Of a DNA stretch of 20,000 bases, positions 8,720-16,572 are shown piece after piece. The position numbers were made by a program, and so were the translations under genes. The DNA is from an uncultured virus (IMG/VR IMGVR_UViG_3300027608_000027). Its lineage: Duplodnaviria > Heunggongvirae > Uroviricota > Caudoviricetes. Under the pieces are notes generated by a model. The model ran no database searches, was not told where the DNA came from, and saw only the letters and a program-made list of their open reading frames with translations. The stretch lies in IMG/VR virus record IMGVR_UViG_3300027608_000027. The stretch is one strand, 5' to 3'. How positions within the stretch are numbered: position 1 is the stretch's first letter; every line of letters begins with the position of its first letter.

Positions 8720-9717
8720 TGTGTCTCCGATAATTTAATATATCTTGCTTGAAATGGATGAGCAAATGATTCAATACTATCCATCATACGTTTCATGTCA
8801 TACAGCTGACAAAACTTTAATAAACGAATTCCTACTTGACTAATATTCTTAGGCTCTTGAATTTTCTCTTCAATAGTTGTTGTAATCATTTGTCTAACAT
8901 CTTCAGGTTGTGCAGTTAGATCAACTAATGTTACATTGCGGTTATAGTCGTCTAGGACCTTGTGTTCGATACCTTCGTGGTCGACCCAACGCTGAAGCAT
9001 GAGATTGTTCCACGCCCAGCCTTTTTTACCTTTATCTTCGTAGGCTTCTGTTAGGCCAACTTTATTCTTTGTGCCTTTAGTACGAACACCTGGATAAGCA
9101 CTAAAGACATTATCACTGCTATCGCCACGCATACATTTCTCAAATAAGATCCATTGTGGATTAGGTGCTGCCACTGCTTCTTTAGTTTTCTTATCAATTA
9201 CACTCTTGCCTTTCTTATCAAAGACGCCTTCGTGCGTAGTAAGTGTATCTGCTACACCATTATACTGCTTAACATTGGGCGCAATCAATTGGTGAAAATC
9301 GCTGTCTGTCGAAATGATCACATGGTCATCATTAGGATGCATCTGTATGAAGCCTGCGATTAAATCATCTGCTTCTAGTTGTTTATGTTGCAAGACTGTA
9401 CAGTTAGTCTTTGTTTCAATAAACTCTTTAAACGAATCAAACGTCTCCCAAAAGAGTTTATCTTCTTCTTGTTCACGTACAGTCATAGCCGCACGAGTTT
9501 CTGCACGATTGGCCTTATAAGGCTTATAAAAGTCCTTACGCCACGATCTACCTTCTAAGCAGAATACCACATGCTTCCCACCAAAGTCATTCCACGCTTT
9601 TTTAATACTGTTAAAAGTAATGTGAAGGGCCATGCCTAGTTTGATGTCAGCGTCACCGCGAACAACGTGTCTAGCACGGAAGAATGTATTTGCAGTATCT
9701 ACTAAAATATATGTCAT
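8716..9717 (-). CDS. rnh: T4-type RNase H / 5'-3' exonuclease (FEN/PIN fold)
   Basis: ILVDTAN, SWRKDFYKPYKANR, EADDLI, ISTDSDFHQL, GDSSDNV (H3TH). Confidence 0.9.
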   Translation of the reverse strand: MTYILVDTANTFFRARHVVRGDADIKLGMALHITFNSIKKAWNDFGGKHVVFCLEGRSWRKDFYKPYKANRAETRAAMTVREQEEDKLFWETFDSFKEFIETKTNCTVLQHKQLEADDLIAGFIQMHPNDDHVIISTDSDFHQLIAPNVKQYNGVADTLTTHEGVFDKKGKSVIDKKTKEAVAAPNPQWILFEKCMRGDSSDNVFSAYPGVRTKGTKNKVGLTEAYEDKGKKGWAWNNLMLQRWVDHEGIEHKVLDDYNRNVTLVDLTAQPEDVRQMITTTIEEKIQEPKNISQVGIRLLKFCQLYDMKRMMDSIESFAHPFQARYIKLSETQ

Positions 9718-9718
9718 T

Positions 9719-10408
9719 TTATCTTTCAGATATTAGTTGTTCAAAAATTTCTCTGTTCATAAATTCTTGATGAGGTTGATTCCAGGATACAGTATATGGC
9801 ACTCTAAAATCACAGGCAATACTAACTCGTGGAGTTGTTACATCTAAGTATTCTGTGGTTGTATGAGGTACGTAACTAGGGAATATAGTAAACCCGCCTT
9901 TAACATTATCAAATGTATGAGGAACAAATGGCTCGTATGGACTTCTATAAATGGTACTAGTTTTATAATCATCTAAATGCATATTACCACTTAAATATCC
10001 CATACTACTTGCATTATGCACATGTTCTCTAATTTTTTGACCTTCTCTAAGAATATTGACCCAACATACTAATACTAACTCCTGTTTAGTAGTATGGTCA
10101 CTATCAACAAAATCAATATAGGACTTTTGCATAAATTTTAATAAATCGGCGAGTTCTGGAAGTTCAGTGGTATAATCAAATAGATTATACATGCCAATTC
10201 TACTGGAAATACTATCGTTACCTAATCCAGTATCACCAACATTGGACACTGCATAAGTTTCTTTAATGCGTTCTTCATTTGTAAGTAACCATGTTTTAAT
10301 AGTGTCAATCTTTGCTGATTCTTCCCATACAGTATTGCCGACTGAAATATTCCATGTTGGGGCATATTCTGTTCCAGGAAGATCGCTTTTAATTTTATAA
10401 ATGTTCAT
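9719..10408 (-). CDS. Putative 2OG-Fe(II) oxygenase-like protein
   Basis: WVNIL...EHVH...YLSG, IFPSYVPH and RVSIA pattern, typical of phage putative 2OG-Fe(II) oxygenases. Confidence 0.7.
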   Translation of the reverse strand: MNIYKIKSDLPGTEYAPTWNISVGNTVWEESAKIDTIKTWLLTNEERIKETYAVSNVGDTGLGNDSISSRIGMYNLFDYTTELPELADLLKFMQKSYIDFVDSDHTTKQELVLVCWVNILREGQKIREHVHNASSMGYLSGNMHLDDYKTSTIYRSPYEPFVPHTFDNVKGGFTIFPSYVPHTTTEYLDVTTPRVSIACDFRVPYTVSWNQPHQEFMNREIFEQLISER

Positions 10409-10836
10409 TAACTAACTTCTGACTTGCCTTGTGATATAGGAACAACATTAATATAGCCTGCACCTCTTGTGGTGTCCATGCCTTCCTCTGCTAGCATGTT
10501 TCTAACAATGTCTCTAAACCAACGATCTACAATCTCCTCGTCTGGGTCACCGTCAAAACCATAACCTGCTTGTTTCAATTGTACTATAAAAAGGTCGTTC
10601 CAGTCAAGCTCAAAAAAGCCATTCTTAATGTTATCTTTATTAACATGGGTATCTAAAACACTAACCCACGGCTCGCCTTTGGCAGTAGCACGTTCTTTAG
10701 GAGTAGATTTGGCCTGTGCTTCTGCAGCCTGTGCCTGTGCAGTTTCTGCTACTGCTTGATCTCTGGCTGCTTGTAAGGTTGCCTTTTCTTCTTCTAGCTT
10801 ATCAATACCAACTAAGCGTTTAAAAAAGTTTTTCAT
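10408..10836 (-). CDS. Hypothetical phage protein (start revised to MKNFFK)
   Basis: ATG at 10836 forms a TAATG overlap with the queE stop. Ala/Gln-rich coil, then FFELDWN. Confidence 0.78.
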   Translation of the reverse strand: MKNFFKRLVGIDKLEEEKATLQAARDQAVAETAQAQAAEAQAKSTPKERATAKGEPWVSVLDTHVNKDNIKNGFFELDWNDLFIVQLKQAGYGFDGDPDEEIVDRWFRDIVRNMLAEEGMDTTRGAGYINVVPISQGKSEVS

Positions 10837-11693
10837 TATGTACCCCACTCATTTTTAAATAACGGCACTTGCAAACGGTCACTGTATCGTAACCCATGTT
10901 TCATTGCTAACAATGCAATATTTTTATTATTCATAGCATAGACATTTTCAACACCGCCTACTGGCATCAAATAAACATGTCCAGTAAATCCAGCACGACG
11001 ATATTCTTCAGTAGCACGTTGTGCATCAGCAAAGTCTTGCTCGGTGGCAATAACAAATTTTAGATATGCTGTTCCAAACCACTCATATTCGCATACAGTT
11101 TTTGGTCTAATAGCTTCTTCCCAAGATTCTCCGCTACAGGGAAGTTTAGCACTTACGCTAAATGTAATTTCTCGATCTGTATTAGCCTTGCGCCAGTTGT
11201 ACAAAAATGATCTAAATTCGTCAGTTAATGGTTGAGTACCATTTGTTTCGAATGTAATTTCTTTAAGTCCGCTCATACTAGCATGATTTAGTAAATCTGG
11301 ATAAGCACGTTGCCAACCTAACAAAGGCTCACCGCCTGTAATAACTAAGTGTTCGTCCTTCCAACGACGGTGTGGAAGTATTTCCATAATGCGATTCACA
11401 ATACCATTACTTTCCATCATTGGACTTAGATCTTTGAAATCAGGATGCCAACTAGCATAGCTGTCACAACCTGTGCTAACTAAAGGCAAGTCTTCATATT
11501 TTTCAAATGCTTTAATCATTGTGTGGGTCGCCGCAAGGTCTGTTGCCTCATGACTTAGTTCACCACGTGGCATACCAAAGCCAGCGCACTTAAAGTTACA
11601 ACCAAAAGTGCGTAGAAACACACTAGGAACACCCATGTAGCGACCTTCACCTTGTATGCTGTAGAACAGCTCTGCAATTTTAATTTTGCTCAT
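10836..11693 (-). CDS. queE: 7-carboxy-7-deazaguanine synthase QueE-like radical SAM enzyme
   Basis: ELFYSIQGEG, FLRTFGCN..C...CDS, ITGGEPLL, FETNGT, SVSAKL, LKFVI, YLMP, RYSDRLQ. Confidence 0.9.
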   Translation of the reverse strand: MSKIKIAELFYSIQGEGRYMGVPSVFLRTFGCNFKCAGFGMPRGELSHEATDLAATHTMIKAFEKYEDLPLVSTGCDSYASWHPDFKDLSPMMESNGIVNRIMEILPHRRWKDEHLVITGGEPLLGWQRAYPDLLNHASMSGLKEITFETNGTQPLTDEFRSFLYNWRKANTDREITFSVSAKLPCSGESWEEAIRPKTVCEYEWFGTAYLKFVIATEQDFADAQRATEEYRRAGFTGHVYLMPVGGVENVYAMNNKNIALLAMKHGLRYSDRLQVPLFKNEWGT

Positions 11694-11977
11694 AACTTTA
11701 ATTTTTCCATTGTTGCAATTTTACTAATTCGTTCACCAAAGTCTTGATCATTAGTAATAATGTAAGTAGTAGTATCATTACGATCAATCTTACGATCATA
11801 ACGTCTAAACTCTACGACCTTACCACCTACTGCTGAGTAGACTTTGAAGTTCAAGATTGGTTCATCACCGCATACAGCTTCTGAGTCTCTTGAGGTAACT
11901 AATCCTCTAGAAACTTTAGCATTCTCTTCGCTGCCTTGTTGTGCCCAATTGGCTACTAATCTCTTTAACCATTTCAT
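11690..11977 (-). CDS. Hypothetical protein
   Basis: 95-aa ORF with ATGA overlaps on both sides. Confidence 0.75.
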   Translation of the reverse strand: MKWLKRLVANWAQQGSEENAKVSRGLVTSRDSEAVCGDEPILNFKVYSAVGGKVVEFRRYDRKIDRNDTTTYIITNDQDFGERISKIATMEKLKL

Positions 11978-12189
11978 TTACATGTTCCTAAAAAATCATC
12001 TAATCTTTTTGCAGCCTCATCAAAATCAACTGCCCACACTTTAGCTGTTATTATACTATCTTTAATCTGCATGTCAAATGGAATCTCACCATTAAAACGG
12101 AATTCATCAGGAACTTCTGTAGTAACAGTAAATTCAGTTAAGTTCTTTGCTCTAAAGATTAAATTGTTAGCCATGTCTACTGAATTCAT
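11974..12189 (-). CDS. Small hypothetical protein (start revised to MNSVDM)
   Basis: TAAGGA SD lies just upstream of the ATG at 12189. Confidence 0.7.
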   Translation of the reverse strand: MNSVDMANNLIFRAKNLTEFTVTTEVPDEFRFNGEIPFDMQIKDSIITAKVWAVDFDEAAKRLDDFLGTCK

Positions 12190-12197
12190 AATATTCC

Positions 12198-12677
12198 TTA
12201 ATTTGGAAAAGGCCACGAATTACTAGGATCTGGGCGTGTCTTTAGTTTTACATTTTCTTCAATAACTTCTCCGGCATCGTTGCATAGATCAACTTGATAT
12301 GGAGCAATAATATGTACTGCAGTATCTTCTTCGGCCCAATCATGTTCTCCGTCAAACAACCAGCCAGCACCACCTTCGTAGTATGCTTCTTTGAGTTCTT
12401 GTTGTTCAAGTTCACTAATGTCATCACTAAACTCCCACTCAACGCTGATGCTGTCATCAAACTCACAACCCCAACCACAATCGGTTCGAGCGTAGGCAAC
12501 AGTATCACCTTGCCAAGGAAGATTACAATCCAAGTCACCTTCAACAAAGCCCTGCCCCCAACGATATGTTTCGTCAATGTTAAACCAACTGACGCTATCA
12601 TCAGGATTCCTACGATACATTTCTACATGGTAGACAACACTTTTCTTTTCCAGCGGCTTGATAAGATATACACTCAT
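12198..12677 (-). CDS. Acidic hypothetical protein (start revised to MSVYLIK)
   Basis: ATG at 12677 overlaps the TGA of the upstream small gene. Asp/Glu/Trp-rich. Confidence 0.78.
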   Translation of the reverse strand: MSVYLIKPLEKKSVVYHVEMYRRNPDDSVSWFNIDETYRWGQGFVEGDLDCNLPWQGDTVAYARTDCGWGCEFDDSISVEWEFSDDISELEQQELKEAYYEGGAGWLFDGEHDWAEEDTAVHIIAPYQVDLCNDAGEVIEENVKLKTRPDPSNSWPFPN

Positions 12678-12847
12678 TTGAACATCCTTGTATCTAAAAT
12701 TATTGACGCACCTAATACTAACCATACTATGCCAGGCCAAAAACTTCCACTAGCAATTTGTACAATGCCTGAACCTACGTTAGCACCGCCGACTACATAG
12801 CCAATCGTTTTACGGTGACGGCCAAACCATTCAAAAAACTTATCCAT
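12674..12847 (-). CDS. Small membrane protein, 57 aa (not in the ORF track)
   Basis: MDKFFEWFGRHRKTIGYVVGGANVGSGIVQIASGSFWPGIVWLVLGASIILDTRMFK. AAGGA SD, TAATG and ATGA coupling on both sides, two hydrophobic segments. Confidence 0.75.
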   Translation of the reverse strand: MDKFFEWFGRHRKTIGYVVGGANVGSGIVQIASGSFWPGIVWLVLGASIILDTRMFK

Positions 12848-12960
12848 TATATTTCCTTTATATAATATTTAGAAGCAGGATATTTTGCCTGCAACCACTC
12901 TAACAAGCCCTCTTCAATGGGCAAGCGAACACTATCAAACTTGTTAGTAATGTATCTCAT
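12847..12960 (-). CDS. Small hypothetical protein, 37 aa (not in the ORF track)
   Basis: MRYITNKFDSVRLPIEEGLLEWLQAKYPASKYYIKEI. ATGA overlap with the folE stop and TAATG overlap with the next gene. Confidence 0.65.
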   Translation of the reverse strand: MRYITNKFDSVRLPIEEGLLEWLQAKYPASKYYIKEI

Positions 12961-13781
12961 CGCGGCGCAAACTCTTGTTGCATTTTAATATTGTCAAAGA
13001 ATTCTTTCTTAGTTCCTTGATCTTCTTTAAATGCACCTTTTAATACTGTAGTCTGTGTAAGACTAGAATGTGCCATAATGCCACGATTCTCACAGCAACC
13101 GTGAATCGCCTGTACATAGACTGCTACGTTTTGGGAATCAGTAGCTTTGCTAATTTCGCGGGCAATGTCGTTACAAAGTTCCTCCTGGAGAGTACCTCGA
13201 CGGGCACACCATTGAGCGATCCTCGTATATTTGCTAAGTCCGATGAGTTTCTGAGCCGCAATAATACCAATATAAGCAACGCCACTAACGGGTTGATGAT
13301 GATGGCTACACATACTGCGGAGCTCACTACGAACAACCAACATACCTTCATAACGGTCCTGCGAGTCGTTTGGAAATGCTGTTGCGTCTGGTGCTTGTTC
13401 ATATCTACCCTCCATTATTTCATTAAAATACATTTTAGCAAGACGTCTTGCTGTGCCTTTGCTATTAGGATCATTCTCACGATCAATAAGCAAACGGTCA
13501 AGCACTAGTTCAAATGCTTCTGTAGCTTCGTCGATTAGTTGCTCTTTGTTATAATCGTTAACATATTCACTAATGTTGTCGCCGGCCCAGAATCTTTTGC
13601 CGTCACGCTTCATCTTAGAACGAAGGTAATCTCCTAAGTAGGCTTCTTCGTATCCGCCATCACCTGCCATTGCGGCCAAGCCTGTTTCTTTTTTAACTTC
13701 TGTCTTTAAAGGTACAAACTTATCTGGTTTAAATTCTGGTGCGGGTCTAAGTGCAGGATCTGCTATAAATTTTTGTGTCAA
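12957..13781 (-). CDS. folE: GTP cyclohydrolase I FolE
   Basis: DPNSKGTARRLAKMY, SMCSHHHQP, IGLSKYTRI, LQEEL, HGCCENRG. TTG start with GGAG SD. Confidence 0.95.
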   Translation of the reverse strand: MTQKFIADPALRPAPEFKPDKFVPLKTEVKKETGLAAMAGDGGYEEAYLGDYLRSKMKRDGKRFWAGDNISEYVNDYNKEQLIDEATEAFELVLDRLLIDRENDPNSKGTARRLAKMYFNEIMEGRYEQAPDATAFPNDSQDRYEGMLVVRSELRSMCSHHHQPVSGVAYIGIIAAQKLIGLSKYTRIAQWCARRGTLQEELCNDIAREISKATDSQNVAVYVQAIHGCCENRGIMAHSSLTQTTVLKGAFKEDQGTKKEFFDNIKMQQEFAPR

Positions 13782-13821
13782 TTATTATTCTCCGAGTTAT
13801 TGTCGTGGATGACTATTGTAC

Positions 13822-13858
13822 ATTGTACTACTTTATTTAGGTTTTTGCAACCTAAATA
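13822..13858 (-). promoter_or_regulatory. Putative sigma70-type promoter for folE overlapped by a 10-bp inverted repeat
   Basis: Minus strand TTGCAA (13850-13845), 17-nt spacer, TACAAT (13827-13822). Inverted repeat TATTTAGGTT (13834-13843) / AACCTAAATA (13849-13858). Confidence 0.55.
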
Positions 13859-14624
13859 GGACATTTTTCTTAATTGCTGTCTTCAATACGCTCAATTGTA
13901 CGCCTAGTTTATTTGCATACTTTACCCAAGCAGTTGTATCTTTTGGAAAACACATGCCGCCAAATCCGTAATATCCATCTGGACCCGGTACCTGCATGTG
14001 ACTCAACCCAATACGGTTGTCTTCTGCTAGATACATTCTAATAGCGTCCCAGCGATATCCGTGTGCTACTGCCAGCTCACTCATTTCATTCATAAACACT
14101 ACTTTGGTAGCTAGATATGAATTGATTGTATATTTGACAAAAGCAGCTTCACCTATTGAACAATGCTCTACCATTGTTATAGGTTGTACTAGTTTGATAA
14201 TACGTTCTGCTTCATTTCTATAGGCAGCAATTTTTCCACCTATGATAGCATTTTGTTCTTTGAGATAATCTTGATTGGCTTTAGCGGCTGTTAAAAACTC
14301 TGGTATGTGTACAAGATTAGGATAGACAGTCTGCATCTTTTCGTAGAACTGTGGCGTAGCAGTGGTCTTGCTGATAATTACATTTTTATAATCACTTAAC
14401 ATGTACAGCACAGAATTTAAAATGCTAGTGTCGCATTCGCCGGTATCCTTTGAGGGACTAGGTACACATACAAATACTGCATCACAATCTTGTAAATCTG
14501 CATAAGTACCTGTAGATTTTTTTGGATCAATGTCTACAACAATTACGTCAGTAAACAACGTTTCGTAGGCATTGAGTACAGCTTCTCCAACAAACCCTAA
14601 TCCAACAATGCCTATTTTTGTCAT
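13833..14624 (-). CDS. UDP-glucose/GDP-mannose dehydrogenase family protein (lacks the C-terminal domain)
   Basis: Rossmann GLGFVG, VCVPSP, PEFL, KYTINSYLATKVVFMNE, catalytic GFGGMCFPKD. Only 263 aa. Confidence 0.88.
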   Translation of the reverse strand: MTKIGIVGLGFVGEAVLNAYETLFTDVIVVDIDPKKSTGTYADLQDCDAVFVCVPSPSKDTGECDTSILNSVLYMLSDYKNVIISKTTATPQFYEKMQTVYPNLVHIPEFLTAAKANQDYLKEQNAIIGGKIAAYRNEAERIIKLVQPITMVEHCSIGEAAFVKYTINSYLATKVVFMNEMSELAVAHGYRWDAIRMYLAEDNRIGLSHMQVPGPDGYYGFGGMCFPKDTTAWVKYANKLGVQLSVLKTAIKKNVLFRLQKPK

Positions 14625-14827
14625 AATCGTTCACTTAGCAGTATACGACACAAGTCGGCATCTTTTTTTGATTTAAATGTGAACGTCATAAAATCTTCAA
14701 AAGGTTTATAGACAAACCTGGTTCCAGGTAATCCAAACACTTCTAGTACCATAGCACAAGTTTCGTTCCACCATAGGTTATCTTGATTGTGCCAAGCTAC
14801 TACAATTTCATGATCGTCAGTATTCAT
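14621..14827 (-). CDS. Small hypothetical protein
   Basis: 68-aa ORF abutting or overlapping both neighbours. Confidence 0.7.
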   Translation of the reverse strand: MNTDDHEIVVAWHNQDNLWWNETCAMVLEVFGLPGTRFVYKPFEDFMTFTFKSKKDADLCRILLSERL

Positions 14828-14995
14828 TTAGATATCTTTACCACTGAGATCTTGTTGACCAGTTTGATATTTTTCTAAACGTTCTTGAAATTGTTCTTCA
14901 GTAAGGCCGTGCCATCCAACACACTTACCAGTTGGACTGCGACCGCAACCGCACTTACCAATTTCTTCTGTATTTTCTTTAACTCTTACTTGCAT
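14828..14995 (-). CDS. CDGSH-like iron-sulfur protein (start revised to MQVRVK)
   Basis: CGCGRSPTGKCVGWH resembles the CDGSH 3Cys-1His motif. AAGGA SD upstream of 14995. Confidence 0.7.
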   Translation of the reverse strand: MQVRVKENTEEIGKCGCGRSPTGKCVGWHGLTEEQFQERLEKYQTGQQDLSGKDI

Positions 14996-15362
14996 TTTTA
15001 TAGTTTCCTTTTTCTGGTATAACGTGACGAACACCCCCACGTGGATCTTCCATATCACCCTTGCGACGTGGAATCATATGTACATGCGGATACATTACTG
15101 TTTGTCCTGCAGTTTCCCCGATGTTTTGCCCGATGTTAAAGCCATCCCATTTTTCTGATTCAACTCCTTCAAACCCAAATTTGTAGGCTGCTTTGTAACA
15201 CTCCCAGAGATTGTTACTTTGTTCCTGGGTAGGCACAAATAACAGATGCCCTTCGGTAACTGGATAAGCATCTCTGAAGATCCAGAAATCTTTTGTTCGG
15301 TATTCAATGTTTGTCCACGGTGCTCGTTTTTCATCTAATGCCTTTTCTAATGCAGTTGTCAT
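14979..15362 (-). CDS. HIT-family nucleotide hydrolase
   Basis: DAYPVTEGHLLFVP, GFNIGQN.G..AGQTV, YPHVHMIPRRKGD. Confidence 0.9.
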   Translation of the reverse strand: MTTALEKALDEKRAPWTNIEYRTKDFWIFRDAYPVTEGHLLFVPTQEQSNNLWECYKAAYKFGFEGVESEKWDGFNIGQNIGETAGQTVMYPHVHMIPRRKGDMEDPRGGVRHVIPEKGNYKNASKS

Positions 15363-15769
15363 TCTTCACCTTTAATGCGATTCCAGGTTCTATATTTTTC
15401 TAATTCGTTTATGTATTGATCATATAGTTTCTTTAGCTTTGGATGCTTCTTTTCTAGTTTAACATCTCTTTCAGGAATACGCAAGACTTTTTCCATAGTC
15501 TTTAAACGTTCTTCAAGATCTAGTCCGTTAAGTATCATTTTGCCCTTGACTTCTAATGCAGCCGTTTCTTCTACAACAACTTTATCCTCACCGTAAGGTA
15601 TTGTCATTATAGGATTATTATTGCTACTATTGAAATGCGTATTTGGAATATTAGTTTGAGACCAACTAGTTCCGTTTGCGCCGGTACTTGTTAAAAACTG
15701 TCCAGCAGTACCATTAGTAGTATAAACTAAATTACCCGCTGATTTTACGTTGTTGGAGGTAGTGCTCAT
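15359..15769 (-). CDS. Hypothetical protein
   Basis: 136 aa. Low-complexity S/T/N/G N-terminus and helical C-terminus. Confidence 0.7.
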   Translation of the reverse strand: MSTTSNNVKSAGNLVYTTNGTAGQFLTSTGANGTSWSQTNIPNTHFNSSNNNPIMTIPYGEDKVVVEETAALEVKGKMILNGLDLEERLKTMEKVLRIPERDVKLEKKHPKLKKLYDQYINELEKYRTWNRIKGEE

Positions 15770-16217
15770 TGTGTATCCATTTGTTCTTTACCAGAAACCC
15801 CCATTCACGCTTTTGCGGCCCAGGCATAAACATGGTCCAGCAATCTACGCTAGGATCAAGCTCAATACGATGATAGCTGTTAGCGCCACATACACGAAAA
15901 CTGCCGGGTCCTTGCCATGTAACCGTTTCAGCGATCTGTTTACCTGATGAGTCAAAGACAGGAGTCCATTCATAGTAACCACCTTTAAGGATTAGAGTTG
16001 CATAGGGCCAAGGATGATCGTGTACATCATCCGGATCTGATTTAAGAAACTTGTGTAAGAATACATTAAACGGAAACCACGTTCTATCTTTAAGAAATAC
16101 ATAGTATCGTTCAAGATATGGCTCGTTATCTACACGATCCATGATAATTCTTTTACGATCAGCACGTTCTAAAAAACTAAAGAATTTATTTTTTAGGAGT
16201 TGGATTATCATAATCAT
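15732..16217 (-). CDS. Cupin-fold protein
   Basis: HKFLKSDPDDVHDHPW...GGYYE...SYHRIEL metal-binding cupin pattern. Exact start uncertain. Confidence 0.75.
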   Translation of the reverse strand: MIMIIQLLKNKFFSFLERADRKRIIMDRVDNEPYLERYYVFLKDRTWFPFNVFLHKFLKSDPDDVHDHPWPYATLILKGGYYEWTPVFDSSGKQIAETVTWQGPGSFRVCGANSYHRIELDPSVDCWTMFMPGPQKREWGFLVKNKWIHNEHYLQQRKISG

Positions 16218-16572
16218 CCTTTACTAATTGATAAACAGTTTGAAAATTTCTAAATGCTATTTCTAGTCCCGGATACTCTTTACACATATCTTCAACTCTA
16301 CGCCATTCTGGAAAACAGTCAATCCATTCTTTTGGCATATTATAAGTGAACAGCGAGCTAGAATCAATCGATATAGTGTTTACACTATTATTAGCAAACG
16401 TAGTATTGAAATTATACTGCGGGCTTATTGTAATAGTTGACATTGTGGTAGAATCAGAACTATAAGAATAGTCACTACTACCTATTACGGTAGTAGTAGG
16501 TTCTGACAAATCTATTGTTATATCTTTAAGTAAATCGTCTAACGAGGTCTGTTGCTGAGAAGAATTGCTCAT
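16186..16572 (-). CDS. Hypothetical protein
   Basis: 128 aa. Ser/Thr-rich N-terminus, C-terminal MCKEYPGL helix. Confidence 0.7.
   Translation of the reverse strand: MSNSSQQQTSLDDLLKDITIDLSEPTTTVIGSSDYSYSSDSTTMSTITISPQYNFNTTFANNSVNTISIDSSSLFTYNMPKEWIDCFPEWRRVEDMCKEYPGLEIAFRNFQTVYQLVKDDYDNPTPKK

Noticed and set aside
10836..13781. Ordinary bacterial queuosine or folate operon
   Set aside because: Phage-like context, divergent enzymes interleaved with small hypotheticals, and no queA/queC/queF or other fol genes in the window.
13782..13832. preQ1 riboswitch upstream of folE
   Set aside because: The preQ1-I consensus stem-loop with an A-rich pseudoknot tail is not recognisable. An Rfam scan would settle it.
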